Below are positions 12,141 to 30,339 of a DNA stretch of 64,000 nucleotides, piece by piece; position 1 is the stretch's first letter, and the number at the start of each line of letters is the position of its first letter. This stretch comes from Blasia pusilla (lineage: Eukaryota), in the NCBI GenBank assembly GCA_050084515.1, contig CM114271.1:17360001-17424000 (forward strand), in the 5' to 3' direction. Both the position numbers and the translations under genes were made by a program. The notes beneath the pieces were generated by a model, which was not told where the DNA came from, did no database searches, and worked only from the letters and a program-made list of their open reading frames with translations.

Positions 12141-14638
12141 GTTAAACTCACCAACATCATAGCATTGACAGGAACACCTAGAGAGACATGGCTGCCACTA
12201 TATGGACATTTAGTGTCAGTGTCTCGTACAGCTTGAGTGAATCGCAAAATCCCATTAGTAATATGGAACATCATCCACTCTTCTTATGCTTTGACATGTC
12301 ATCTTCCTCTTCAAATTCATGTCATGATTTTCAAATTTTAATTTGAATCTAAAAAATTCATCATACTGCAATTGATATATTTGAATTTTGAAATTATACT
12401 ATGAGAAATCCTTTGTTTTACTACCAAACAAACATCCTACCATTTGAAAATATCAAAAAAGATAATGCTTCTACCGGTAAAAGTCACATATATGACTAAA
12501 AATTACTAGTAAAAATATTATCAATCTATATCAATTCTAGAAAATTGATGTTTAAATTAATGATTGTGGTATAAGTGGTAAGGATTTTTTTCCCTCAAAG
12601 TAAGAGGATATCATGGTAGATGAGGCATAGGGTGAGATAGTATCGAGGCCTTAGAGGGGTCTTGTACTTCCCTATTTTGAGAGGTCATATGTGATCTGCT
12701 CTTAGGAATTGACCTACGAGTGTAGGTCACCCTTCCCTTCATGAGGAGTGGCAACCTTGGAGAAGTTGACCTACCCAACCATGTATGGCTCCACTTGGAC
12801 ATATAGGGTCGTGGGTTAGTTGGTAGTTGGTCTCATGAGGGAACCACATGTGTGGCTCGATGTGTAGTTGTTAGGGAGTTAATATGTTTGTACTACATGC
12901 TGGTAGTGACTTGCTAGGAGGGATATGATCTGTGTGTAGAGATCACGCATGGAGGTGCTTAGGGGGGATATACCTCGGATGAAGCTCATTTGGAGCTTAT
13001 CTTCCTTAGGATTGCAAACTCGTGTTGGGATCCATGATACAATGCAACTTGCATGTATTGAGTCTGGATTCTCTCTTGAAGAGTGGGCTAGGATTGATCA
13101 ATAAGGAAAATCACATACATTTTGGGAGCCTTTGTGTATACTTTCTTTCTGTTGCAATAGTGTGTATCTGATTCATGAATATGATTGTTTGGATGAAGCA
13201 CAATTGATTGTAGATTTCATCAGAGTTTGCATTTCGTAGTCAACTTTATATTGGGTTTGTCTTGTCGTTTATGTGTAGAGATGTTAGGATTCATAGCTAG
13301 ATAGATCTTAGACATGTGTGTGCATGATAGCCGACGTATGTTGACAGCAATGTGTATTCGCACGACAAGGATGGCAGATTTCCAAATGGAGGAGAGAATT
13401 TATTTTTTTGCAAAATTGAAGGGGAGATAATCATAAATATGAATTATATTCATCAAATTTATACAATGAGCATGATTTGATTTTTCCACATAAAAATAAG
13501 TCATGAAGATATCAAATTTATCGAAAATAAATTTGATGATAAGAGGAGAGATTTGTAGAGCCAATATGTTTGGTTTTGATTTCTTACATAGAGGAGTTTG
13601 AAATCCCTTTATTTGAATCTTTATCGAATATTTTATGCTTGTGATAATTGAATTGATTAACAAGTGCATCATTGTATCAACTTTCTATAAGTGCAGATAG
13701 AAAATAGAAGAAATCAAATTGTTGTAGTGTGTACTCAACATCAACATACAAAATTTGTATGTGTCTAATTATTTCATTGCGAATTTGAAGCCCTTTTAAC
13801 AATTTGTTGAGTCTCATAACCATGGTTTGGAGAGCGAATGAGCCATTCGACAAATGAAATGAAATTAGGAATATTGGTGTAGATGAGAATTCCCATAAGG
13901 CATTTAAATTTTCCATTCAACCATAGATTTATTTCCATTCTTGGGTATCCTCTGTCAATCTCTTTATTTGACTAGGGCCCACATTAATGGCCTTTGGAAG
14001 GATGTTCAAGTAGCCTTAGAATGTCACCACAACTTCCCATGGGATATTTAACAAGGTATACCATTTGGGGTTAGAAAAAAGTAGCAACCTCAAGTAAGAG
14101 GATCTTCTCAATTATGAATGTTTAAAAAAATCATAATTTTCAAGAAAAAGCATATTTGAGATTATGATTCTTGTGATTAGGGGTTTCTTTGAGTAGACTT
14201 CTTAGGGATGGATCCCATGGACGACCACTCAGGTAGCAAAAATCTTGTTGTACCTAGATAAAAGAGTTTTCCAACACATAACCAAAAAGATTCTAACCAA
14301 TAATTTCATTATGAGGCTGTCTAAGGTCGCAAGGACATTGGACGTCGTGTGCACACAAAAGTTTTGGTCATGAAAATTTTCTGCATCTCCCATGATAAAG
14401 AACCAAAATTTCAATATGATCTTAAAATCATTGGATCGGGAGAAAGTAACCAAGCAAGGATGGTAGGATTTCATGTGCTCATGGGATCAGATTCTTAAGG
14501 GGTGTTAGGGAAGCACGATTTGGAAGAAAAAACAAGAAATCCATGGAGAATCAGCCTTAGATCGTAGCTTCCATGGAGAAGCTTCATTAATGAAGATGCA
14601 AAAATCTGATAGTCAAAACTACATTTCAAAATGTGATA

Positions 14639-14819
14639 ATCTATATTTTTATCGGAGAGTGCCGCTTCATTTTGAGATCACCTCTCCTTTTGACATATGT
14701 CCTTTTTAGCCAATAGAATCGCTCGATGTCTAAGCCAACACGATCGCTCAAATTCAATTCTACACTTAGGATGGATACTTCAAATTTATACATCTATGCA
14801 TCGCACGAGCACCAACTAG
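14639..14819 (+). mobile_element. Helitron-like repeat, variant subfamily
   Basis: A|TCTATATT...GGAGAGTGCC start; TGCATCGCACGAGCACCAA-CTAG|T end. Confidence 0.65.
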
Positions 14820-15136
14820 TAAGTAGTTGAAGGAGTTACCTCATCCACTTAGTGGGTATTTTTGGAAAGTTGGTTACGGAATCACTCAAACCCCTCCTTG
14901 ACACATCCTAGAGAAGCATACCTTACCATCCTTTAGCCATAATACATATTGCCACATGTTCATTTGGCAACTAGTTATAGCATGTTTACATATGATCTAG
15001 AAGTCTAGACTTTCCATCTTAGGCGACATAAGGTTCGTGAAGGTTGATTCCCGCCTCCACTAAGATTCAAGATTTGTGTAGTTATATATGCAAGGTCAAG
15101 TCCGTTATAACTGGAGAGCTTGAAGGTTTATTAATG

Positions 15137-15357
15137 ATCTCATTTATATTATTATGGGAAAGTGCCTTCTTGATTTGCAAACAACTCTCTGCTTGTCATG
15201 TGGCAACTGGGCAATGAGAAAACGTTTCACATGCTACGGGCAACAAGAAAAAAATTGGATTTATATGCAACATCATTAACCTCTTCCCTTCACGGACTAT
15301 ACACTAATTCTTCAAACACTTTTTTGTTTCCCGTGCATCGCACAGGCACCTTACTAT
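15137..15357 (+). mobile_element. Helitron-like repeat copy
   Basis: ATCT..TTATGGGAAAGTGCCTTCTTGATTTGCAAAC start; GTGCATCGCACAGGCACCTTACTA end. Confidence 0.7.
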
Positions 15358-17780
15358 TATTTCTTACTACTCCTCCATCCATTCCCCTTTCTCTTCCTTG
15401 GACAGTGCTATTCTCCATCCACTCCCATTTGCATCTCTCTTCCCTTCCCTTCTTTTCCTCCAAAGAGCTTAGAAAAGATTTTTTTTCATTAATTCATCTT
15501 TTCCACTTTTGGATTTCCTTCCATACACATTTCTTATTTCTCACATTCATTTTTGTACTTTTATTTTCCTTCCACTCCTTGGCATCCCAAGCAAGGTCCG
15601 AGGAGTTTTCCCGGAGCGTACAATCGTGAACAATAATTCCGAATTTGAACTGTTTTTCAAATACCAATTACATAGGAGCTGAGCAAATCTAGTCCATTTT
15701 TATAAGCTACTTCAAAGTAGATCGGAAATTCTCAAATTTAACCTGCTAACTTCCCTTGTAATCCCATTCATTGGTCCCCCCAACATCCCGCGGCAAAGCG
15801 TATGATAGAATGAATGTTCATTTTATTCTTGCATTGTAAGCGATTTAATTTTAAATTATTTACTTTGACGTCGACTACTAGAAACCGGCAGCATTCTGGT
15901 TTTGTTATGAAGTCGACAAGTGTAATGCATCTCGGGAACCGCTCGAGTTGTTGAGCGACAGTTGGGCTCATGAAACGCTCTCCAAGGACTGGTCCTGTCC
16001 GGCCACCTCAAACCTCAGAGCTGCCAGCGGGTCAGGTTCTCATTCGTGCCGCCCTTATCGGCTACTCCAAAATGACGTGATGACATCCATTTAACAATAG
16101 AATATGAAGAAGACCAATCTATTATTCCAAACCTTACTTACATACATTGTATTACTCGAGCTTCCCGGGATCGCGTCGTCGTCGGTCACTGTCCGACAGA
16201 GTCATCGCTTCGCGAGCCACCGGCCCTTACGATGGCGCCATCATCCTCTACCAGAAAAGTTCGGGTTTGGAAGCCATGACATACGCGATCTGCAGATCGA
16301 TGAAATGAAGGCCGGTACATTAAATGGGCAAAAACGGGCGCTTTGAAAGAGTAGGTTTGGGGTCGTTCCTTGCAGCCGTGGAGAGTTGATGTGAGGGTAG
16401 TACTGTGAAGACTTTCGGTCCTCCGTGCACATGGCCTCCGAGGCCCTGAAGCTGAGGCTTTTAATGCGCTGAGGGAAGGGCTACCAAAATCCCACAAGGC
16501 ATGGTGGCCACTCTTCACAGTAGAAGGCTTGTGACAGTAGTCATCGCTTGGAAGCAGTGAGGAATTTAAGGCGCAGAGAGGGAACTGGCAAGCCTTGTGA
16601 CAATCCTGTCACAAGGCTTGCCGGTGCATTTTGCCCGTGAGCAATGACAGTCTCATCGCTTGGACGAATGAGACTGTCATTTGAGGTCTGGTGGATGGAG
16701 GGCAGGGGCGGGGCAACAGGACACGTTTCCGTCTCTTGTTCGGAATTGGACTGCTGTAGATTCTCCCACGCACTCCAGACTTCCGAGGATAATAGTCATG
16801 ACTTTCTTGTGTCCGTCGGTAGGTCTGTGTCGGCTTCCTTCGGATGGTGAAAGCTTCCGCTCACAGAGGTCTGCAGTTGGAATTAGCATGAAGCTTTCAG
16901 GTCGGCGGCGGATTCGCAAGGGATGGGAGAAAGAATTTCGTTCACGACTTGAGAAAGCCGCACAGATGCAGTGAATGTCGTTTCGGAGCAGGTCCGTTTG
17001 TACACCAAAACTGCAGAATCTGTAAGGATTCAAGGGATCCATCCATTACAGCTACAAAAAACGTCGCATCGATTGCAAAATGGAGTATGAAGGATGATGG
17101 TCGGCACCAAAAGGGGGATCCAGAGATTTGTGTGGAGAGGTTATGGTATTAGGAGGCTGAACAGAAGCACAGGCCCACTGCCTGGCTCGTGCTGTGACAT
17201 GCCACTTCCAGGATTCCGGTCATAGACCTCCAGGCGACGGCTCACAATTTCAGCTTCTGCGCCCTTAATCATAGTTATGGCATTTGGGCCTTTCCTGAAG
17301 CAAACGAAACATTTGAACATTCAATGTTAGGTCATGCAGTATTACGCGCTGTCCAGGGGAAGACCGACCACCCACTGCCTTCGAACACTCAAAACAAAAC
17401 GAACCCCTCGAGGTACCACAGTTGAAGATGGGGCTGGCTAAGAGGTTTCGGTTCCAGAAGGCAATTGACTTACTCGTGGTTTTGGAGCAGTTCACCCTAC
17501 AACCTCTCCGATGAACCATGCCAGTTGATACATCGACAGAATATTGAACACTTGCTCCGCATTATCTACAGATACCGATTACTCAAGCCATGTACAGACT
17601 ACTGGCTGGGAAAGAATAAATTGAGTAGGGCAATTCTACCTAAGTTTGCATCACTGAATGCACTACTCTACAGTGAATTCCTATTGCTTGAGGGTGCCAA
17701 ATTCTACAGGCTCCAACAATGTTTGGGCCTTTCTGCTATCGATGATTTTTGTACAGACAAGTGAATCAGTAATTTTCTCC

Positions 17781-20594
17781 TCAGTCCAGCTTTCCACTCT
17801 TACGCTTCTTGCTCTTCTGCAATTCAATACCACGTTGAGATTGCTTCCCAGGTTGCTTACTTGTCACACGTTCTCGAGCAGCAAGGAACTCCTCCTCAGA
17901 AGGTTCATCAACCTTAACACCACCCCTTTTGCTTTTTCCTCCATACTTCGCCTCTAGAGCAGACGCAAGTGAATTCATCCGGCCCTCTCCGCGTCTGGCA
18001 ATTAGAGCCACCAAGTCCCCTGGGACAGCTTTTTTCTTCTCCCTGGAATTCCAACGAAAGATGTAATACTTGCTACTCATAAGTACTCCAGGTTGGATTT
18101 TCAGTACAGGCATCACAACATGTAATCGCATGGTGCCAATGACGAGTAATTGCATGGCGCCAAGGAAGGGTAATCCCATAGTGCTAAGTAAAAGTTCTTG
18201 TCATACACAGATTGCTGAAATGTAATAAAAGAAACAAGGACAGGTAGAAAGGGTGGATGAGTTACGTTCGTGTACTTCAAATGGGTAAACAAAAGGTGTT
18301 TAGTCTGAGAAGAGTACCTTTTCTGTGGGGCAAGGGGATTTAAAGGAGCAGGTGTCTTGGAAACTGATTCTGCCCACTTCCGGTACACCTTGAATTCTTT
18401 GAGTTCACCTTTGGCCCAACACAATCCACAAAGTCTTAGATGCAGGTAGCTGAAGGTAGAACCTAACTGAAATGAATTATGCCGCGGTCATGTGACATGC
18501 AAAGGCAGGTAGAAATCTATCCAACCACTGCCTTTCGCCAAGTGAAACATGGATTGTCATTATGAAAGATATGGTCTTTTTGATCCACGTCGAAGAGGGT
18601 CAGTTTCTCACAGGATTAGGAAGTAACTGTTCTAGCCTACCGGTCAGACACTTACCTTCAGATATGGCGGCATCAATGATGTCTTTGAACCGATGGGAGT
18701 CGAGTTTAGGATTGGAACACACCAAGTATGTAAACACCCTGAAAAAGATGCATGATCCCTTTCAGTATGTAACCTTCCACGTTGTTGAGTCCAGTCAACA
18801 AGCACCAGTATCGGACTAATGCATTAGAGGAGCCACAAGACACACAACTACTACTACTCATAGTTTCGAATCACAAGGATTCCAAGAGGAAGTCTAAACA
18901 GAACAAGATCCTCAGGGAGGGATAATTACTCTTACGATTCCATGTTGCCCTTCAGACGACGGTACTCGGATTTCAGGTCTTTAGCTTCCTCCGCCGATCC
19001 TCTGTACGACTCTGCATAGCTATCTATATCATCCTCCGAAATCTGCAAGATTCACGACGGTCAATATGTTCAACTCATCTCATACTTCCGTATATTTTCC
19101 AAGAGTATGACGCAATCCAGCAAAGCTATGTGTGCTCGTCTTAGCAGTGGGCAGCATCTCACCATTCACGGAACTTACCTGTTTGTACAATGCTCTGAAG
19201 AACTGGTACACGTTTTTAAACGTATCTCCTGAGAGTTCCTGCTCACATGAATGGTGAGACCAATCAGCGCAATCGCAGAGAGAATCTGAAGGTTTCACTT
19301 CAAAACTTGCAAAGCTGAAGACTTTCCGCTACAGTTTCGGCACGTAACAGAACGAAAAGTTGACTGGGGGGCCGAAGCAACTCCAGGCTCCAAACAGAGA
19401 GCTAGAGAGACTGTGCTCATTAGGTGGTGCCTGTCGTAGCCTTGCGACCGTAGACCCCGCGCCCGAGAGAGAGAGCGAGAGCACTAACCACATCTTCCAC
19501 AGAACCAGTATCGTCGTAGACTTTTCTCTTCTCCGGATCGCCGAGAATAGCTATCACAGACTGTAGAGACTGGAATTTCTCCTTCGCAGTCTGCCTCACA
19601 AGATATCAGGGCAGTTTCAGGAATGTACGAATTCCAAGCACTTTGCGGTGACTGGTCACTAGTACTTTTCTTCCAATTTGATGCGTCAATCAACTTACGA
19701 TCAACTATTTACTACTTCACTGATAGAAAAGCGCTCATCTTCTCGAGAATCTCACGATGCCAAGATTAGAATACTGTAAACGGAGCTGCAGTCACTAATT
19801 CCACTCCATAATCAGGGAGATTTCGCTTAATCGCAATCGCGAAACTCTCAAAACTTTCATGAATCAATTCCCTCTTGGCGTGTCCGTCTGCTAACAGAAA
19901 TCTACAGCGGAAATGGACCTATGTAGTACAAAATTCACTGAGATCAGGAGAGGGTACAGGCATCGAAGCTCCAGACAAGAGTTCCTATCCATACTCAGGC
20001 GAAATTCAGAGAATCTCAGATTCGAGCGAACTTTACGCTCCCATCGCGCAAATACGAAAGAAAGAAAGAACGTCGTTCGACACAAGATCACGTACCTCGT
20101 CATCAGGATTCTTGTCGGGATGAAGGCGCAGGGCCAGCTTGTGGTACGCCTTGCGAATCTCCTCGTGCGAAGCAGTGCGCTCCACCCCCAGCACCTACCG
20201 ACATTACGAGTTCACCCAGATATCATTCAAACCAATCGACGAGTAGAGGAAACAACTATGACACGGAAAACGTTCACCGCCTGCGAAACGAAGAGGGGCA
20301 AGGTCCCTTGACTCGGGGACCAGATCAAATACTGCAATCGCTGACACCTTCTGAAAATCCATCATCGCCGAGATTTCTCCCATCAATCCACAAACAGACA
20401 AACCGCGGACTATGAGCGAGCAGACCCGTTTTTCACCGTTTTGCACGAAGAATGAAAACCAGGACCCCTAAAATTACGACAAAATCAATCAGCGCATCCG
20501 CTCTCACCTTATACAGATCTTTCTCATCGCCAAGAGTCTCCTGCTCCACATTTTCCTCCGATTGATCCGACGAGCGCCTTTTCTTCCGTCCCAT
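17781..20594 (-). CDS. J-domain co-chaperone, DNAJC9/ATJ6-like (8 exons, ~296 aa)
   Basis: Exons 20594-20508, 20194-20096, 19590-19489, 19238-19179, 19042-18936, 18738-18656, 18408-18318 and 18042-17781, all GT-AG and in phase. J-domain LYKVLGV...LHPDKNP...KFQSLQ; YRGSAEE motif; C-terminal LEAKYG and [11 protein letters not shown]; basic NLS-like ends. Confidence 0.92.
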
Positions 20595-21184
20595 TTCGTC
20601 CGCGCATAAACTCCAGAATCCGCGCCTTTCAGTACACCAAATTCCTGCGACTGCCAATCTTCGAAGAGCTCCCGATAGACCAAAATCAGCACCGGAGAAA
20701 TAGATGCGCGAAACGAATAGTCCAATTTGTGCGGTCCTCCTCCGGATTTGAAATTGGTAGCGGGCAAAGTCCTGCAGCGCCAGATTTCGGGAGCAAAGGC
20801 GCAGCCCTAATTGCGTCCAGGAGATGGCGGGAAATCGCGGCATTACGAAAAAGGACAACTGCTGTACGAAAGCTGTATAAGAACACCAAACTCGCTCGCG
20901 TCTTAAGAACTTGTGAAATGATTATTAAAAAGCGGAGGTTTTATGTTACCGTGTCAAATGGAAATATTTTTTTCGTGTCCGGTTGTCATATTTCAATTAA
21001 ACAGTTGTTGTAAAATATGATTTTTCTTCGTTTTGAGATCATTTTTCTTTTTAACTTATGTTTTTTTTAGCCCATAGAATTGTTAGTTGTTTAAGTCAAT
21101 AGGATCGTTCAAATTCAATGGTATGTTTAAAATGGATAATCCAAAATTATACATATAGATATAACGTGGACATACTTAGTATAT

Positions 21185-21763
21185 ATCTAAATTATTATTA
21201 GAGAGTGCCTCTTCATTTTGCAACCTTCTTTCCTCTTGCCATCCTGGTTCGTTTTATGAGCGAATAACATTTGAGAATTGTCATCTAAATCAAGTTTAAA
21301 GAAGCTCCCTTTTTGAACCAATAGTATCATTTGAAATCAATTTAAAATGCCACTTGAGAATTGTGAGAATTAATTATAGGAAGTAAAATAAACTCATGCA
21401 TCTTAGGGGCATAAATTCATACTAGTGTAAGTCTCAAATTTCTCGAGTGTTATTTAAAATTAATTTTGAATGATCCGATTAGTTAAAAATTCCAAATATC
21501 AATAGGAAAGGATTTTACAAAATGAAGGGGCGCTTTCCAATAAAATGCATATTCTTATTGTAGAGTGCCTTCTTGATTTGCAAACACCCATCTGTTTAAC
21601 ACGTAGCACTTGGGCAGCAAGAAAATGTTTCACATGTTACCGGTAAGAAGAAAAAAATTTTAATTTATGTGTATATATATTTCATTATTATCTTTACAAG
21701 CACTAGAAAAAAGTCCTCAAACACTTTTTTTATTTCCAATGCATGGTGCGGGCACCTTACTAG
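21185..21763 (+). mobile_element. Cluster of Helitron-like repeats
   Basis: Plus-strand copies 21185-21425 and ~21550-21763 both end in CTAG|T. A short inverted 5' fragment lies at ~21505-21547. Confidence 0.65.
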
Positions 21764-24700
21764 TATATATATATTGTGAGGAATGTGCAAAACATTTGGG
21801 GAAGTAGAGAAGGATTTAAGACATCTAATATGTTATTAGAGAATTGATTTATGCTCTTTATTTGATTATATGACACTAATAGGATACGTGTGCTATGCTT
21901 GACGTATCATACTAAATTAAATCTAGAGAAAAAAAAGCTAAATTCAATCCAAAAAATGAATCTCTATTTTCAAATTTAGCTCCATATTTGATTCGAGAGG
22001 GGAAGATATGGTTTACACCACGTATTACCAATAGAGATGTCATTATTGGATGGTAATCATGTGGTAATAGTATAGACTAGTAAGATTGATATGCTATATA
22101 CAATCCCTTCTTTTATCACCTTTATGCATTTTTTTCCACACGAAAATAGGTCACAATGTTAATATGTATTTTTCTGTAGTAAGAAATAGGGCTAACATCC
22201 AAAAAGCGATAGGATACTTTTGTTTCCCCAAACAAGAAGGTGGGAATGAGGGTTTTTATTTCTATTTTCAAAACTATATTAATATAGTCGGATATACAAG
22301 TAATTACAAGACAAAATAATCAACATTTGAAGTTGAGAAGGAAAAGGGGAGAGAGGAAGAAAGGAGCTTGCTAAGGAAATAAAGGAAGTTGGGATGATTT
22401 ACCATCAAAAAAATATAAAGCATGAAACTTTAGGACACAAATTACCTCTTATGTAGTAATTTCCAAAAAAATTCTCGATGAATAGTTTTAGAGGATAGTT
22501 GCGGAAAGAAGTTGTGATTGATATTTTTTTTGGAAGATTATGATGAGTAAATAATCTGAGAGCTTTTGGAAAGGGTATTTTATGCAACCTTTATCAAGAA
22601 AAAATTTCCATATGTGAAGTCTGAAGATATTTTCCAAACTTTCCCAATGTAACATTAGGAGTAACACAAATAATAGAATAAGTATTCTTTGTTATTTCAC
22701 GAGTAATTCAAATTATATACTACTGAAAGATGGCATGTCAGTTGCATTACAATAAAGAGTATTTGTATGGCATATTCAAATTGGGCAAGCGTAACATTTG
22801 TAGATTGAAGATGACCTATTTGGGAAGTTGGGGAATCTATATATGCATGTTACAATAACTTACCACATTATGTCCCCTATTATAGGCACAATTCACTTTC
22901 CATTGTGGAAGATGACCCACTATTAAGGGTTAGGGTTGGAGAGGCGACATTTGTGTACATTGTACCAAGGAGAGAGAGTTTGGGAGAGATTGAAGGGGAG
23001 AGAAGGAGAATGGAGATCTCAAGTAGAAAGTTCTTGAGAGTTCATTCTTTCTATGGTGGACCCCTGTCTAAAAGACGGTGGATCAAAATATGGTTCTCTT
23101 TACCTTGTGAGCAATACAAGCCTTCCATCATAAGAACTGACTTGGATTGCCACGAGAGAGAACTAGGACGTACATGAGATCGGATTATTGAATTTATTGA
23201 AGACCTTTTAATATGTGATCGATTTATGTTTGCTTTCTATTTATAGTTAAGTATGATTTCCACCTTGATGAGTTCCATGGATGATGACAATGATGTACAT
23301 TGTGTAGCAATGTGTATGCACACAAAGTCAAATTAAAATATAAAAATAGTTCATAAAAAACTATTTAATTTAATTTGATAAAAATCCTAGTATTCAAAAA
23401 AAATTAATTGGAAATAAATATATTATTATTAAAAAAAATGGGCAAAGTTGATTTTATGATTTGAAGAAAGAACATAGGGCATCCATAGAACATTTAATTT
23501 ACCTTAATCCCTAATGTCATGGATCTTCTATCTTGAAACCTAGTCTTGTGAAGTAGAAGCTTGCATTTAACATGTTATACTCCCGTTATTGATATGCCTC
23601 CAAACACATTGATTGTAGTCATATTTTTAGTGAATCAACCATGCGTCTCTTGAGATTGCATTTCAGGACATTCCTCAATCTCAAAAATCCTAAATAGAGT
23701 TTAACATCGACTTAATCCCTCACTCTAAAGTATAGGCAAACCATTCAAGACTAGGGATAGACTTCCTTGATAGTTTAAGGATTGTAATGGTGCTAAACAC
23801 GCCAAATAGTCCCAATTTCTCAATGGACTATGAATAAGTCTCTCATTTATATATATATGGTTAACGTCCACGATGTGAGAAAAATAGAATGTGACGAAAT
23901 CACTGAATATATTGCAAATCTTGGAGATACAAAGTGGACTAGACCATCCGCGCGCTCACAGAAGAGGTTCGATGGAACGTGAACATGGAGATAACTCAAC
24001 ATACGAGAATGTGCAACGACTACGGCTCCTTACTATTTCACTACTTGGGAAACTAGGGTTTTTTACATTTTTTTTTTCAATTCTATTTATAGAAAAATTT
24101 GCCAAGTGCTACACCCCCGGACCCCCACGACGCATTAGGATGCAATATTTCTACTAAGTTTGTTGCAAGTCTTTAATGACTTTCATGTATCAAAAGTGAG
24201 AGGTTAGGTCAGTATTTAACCTTATGAGATCTATGGAGTTTGAGGCTGATCCAAGACCTATATTCGAAAGGCATGAGGTTGGTAGATCCAAATCATGACC
24301 AACGTGAGTGCATTTTGATGCATATCCCTAACGAGAGCATGACCAACTCAACATACAATTTATTACATACAAAACCCATGTTCAATGTAGCACATACACA
24401 ATATTGTAAGGTAGGACTCGTCTTAGTCAATGAATAAAGTGGACGGGCAAAATAGCAAATATATATAAGTAAAAATTTGCAAGTACTTGGACTTGCAAAA
24501 TGCTCGTAAAAACTCATAAATGGAGTCACAAAGAAATTTGTAAATATGCAAGCTCTTCATTAAACTCCTTTTTTTTTCAGTTAAATTATCATGTTACTTG
24601 TAGTCAATCTTAGCAAAAGGACACGATCTCCCTTGATGACCAATATATACCTACCACTTTATTGACATCTTTCAATAATTTACAATTTCTTGTATATATT

Positions 24701-25432
24701 GGGATGACTTATTTGCATATTTATCTTCTTAGAGCTTTGAAGTGATCATTTTTGAAATTGTGAAAATCAATTGGGAACCATGTTGTGTTTTGAATTAAAA
24801 AATAACAATCCAACCAACCCAGTCTTCCACCTCATGGAATCTGCGTAGAATGCACCTTTAACAATACTTATCATTGGCCTATGTTGGTAAGCCTCATAGA
24901 ACCCATGCCTTGGTTGGACGGTGCTTGAGATTGGGATGGGTGTGTAGAGAGGAATAAGTTAAGAATGTACTATATGAGAGGGGGGAGACACTCTCATATG
25001 GTGTGAGTACAGAGTGATGGTGCAGAGCAGAGGGAGAGAGGTTGTACTCATTAAGTAGAGTATGTAGTAGCCTTGCGATTGCTTGGGAGAGAGGCTGTAC
25101 TCATCAAGTAGTGCATGTAGTAGCCTTGCAACTGCTTGGGAGAGAGGGAGAATGAATGAATGAATAGATTTATTGTCCACGGGGACCACATGACCATGGG
25201 ACTTAGTTTTGAGAGAGGGAGAGAATCTTGTGTTGGGCAAAGATCATGAGGAAGTGTAATACATCCATTGGAGGACGCAGAATTAAGGCCAAGAGTTGGA
25301 GTAGACAAAAACCATACATCGACATTGATGGATAGGGGAACACCATAATGGTTTTAAAGCGACGTGAATCATAAATGGGGGTCAAAGGGCACTCAGATAT
25401 TCGATTGATGCAGCAAGGTATCCTTTCCTTCC

Positions 25433-28634
<3,202 letters not shown>

Positions 28635-30339
28635 GGTCGATGCTGAAGAGAGGCCAGCAAGTAAGAGCTAATCCCAATTTCCATATGCCATACGTAGTGA
28701 GTATTTCTGGAGCAGCTCAGGTCCGGTACATTGAACTAGGCCAGTTCTCCATGCGATCTAGCTACTTGTCTGGCAGGATTTGACAAATGGCAGTTTGTTT
28801 ACATCACAATGTAGTAGATCAGCCACCCACTTGGAAGCTCCTACGTTTAATACAGAACAGGCATAACTTGTTGGAGTAACAATCCAAGCTGTGGGTTGTA
28901 TGCATGTGAAGGTCCCTCAACTCTACTAATTGAGAAAGCAGATCAGCTTCCCCAGCTTACCAGCCCGTAATTGTTAAGGAAAGGGGCTTGATAGAACTAG
29001 TGTCCAGGTTCACATGTGGATCTCATAAGTCGGGATACACGGTGGATGACGACAGGGTTATACCTCTTCAGATGGAGTCTTTATGTCCAAAATCGAACGT
29101 TAGAGAGGAGTTTTCGAATGGGCTTCTCCTCTGGCTGAAATTGATCTTGTCTTCTCACTCAGCATCTACTTGATTCACCCATTCTAGTCTAGTTAGTCTT
29201 CAGCAGTAACCGCATCAGCGACAAAACTTCCTGCGATTGGCAACTCCTCTAAGCGTGGAGAGAAAGAAGAAAGTGGACAGGTTTCCTATCAAGTTCTAAG
29301 GACTTTCTTCCATTCTAAAAACTATGACACGAGAATATGAAAAACGACTTATCCTTCATCCTGATTGATCTGGCCCTCTTGACATGAGCCTCTTCTACGT
29401 AGTGAAAGCGATCAGATCGAGTCTTCACACTTCAATGTGAGATGCTGGCCGTGGAGAGAACGAAAGCGGACAGGTTTCCTGATTCGTCTTGTCTACTACA
29501 ACGCTAGCACCATCGATCTACTCTACAAGGATTGACTGTCTGAGGACGAGAAAGTTTTAATGAGGGCTTGGAAACGCACATTTGAGGCTTCTTGCTGCTA
29601 CTCATCTTCCTCGACAGAGCGATGCAGAAATCTGCCTCCAAACCCTGATCCTAGATTCACACTCTCGAGGCTTCCCCTCTTCGCAATCGCAAATCTCTCT
29701 CCCACTGTATCATCTGCTGCGAGCGTCTCGTTAGTGAGGCTGTGAATTGAGATGTTAGAGGTGCATCCTCGAAGCTTCTTCCTTTCGATTCAGATCTTTT
29801 AAACCAACTTTTGAGGCTTCTTCCTTTTCTTCTTCCGGTCTTTTCTTCATAGCCTATGGAATGAACTCTTAGTGAGAAAATCTCGAGTCGTCCACCTCTT
29901 GATACAGATCTTAGAAACGCACTCTTGAGGCTTCTTCACTCGTCAGCCCAGCGAGCCAGATCTACAAACTCACTTTGAGAGTTTTCGTGTGCCGGTGCTG
30001 CTGCAGCTTGTGCTCTGGATCCCCCGTTAGAACTGTAGCTCCCCAAGGTTCGCACCCTTTGGAACACGCAGATGCGGCGTTCGAGCTCCACATCCCGCTC
30101 AATTCGGATGCAATCTCCTTCTTTCATGCCATACCTCCGATTATTCAGGTGCCCTATCCACCTGACCGAAGCTTCATAAGTGCACTCCAGTCCATGGATT
30201 TACTCACCCAATGAAGAAATTCAGGAGAGGATCAGGAGATCGCTACAGTTATGCCCAGCAATAAAGTTGAAGTGATAGCTGTTGTAGGAATGAGACATGT
30301 AATTTGCTCCTCCGATATTATATATTTATATTATTATTA

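Noticed and set aside
17179-17204. TGCCTGGCTC...ATGCCA resembling miR160
   Set aside because: The middle does not match mature miR160 and no complementary star arm was seen.
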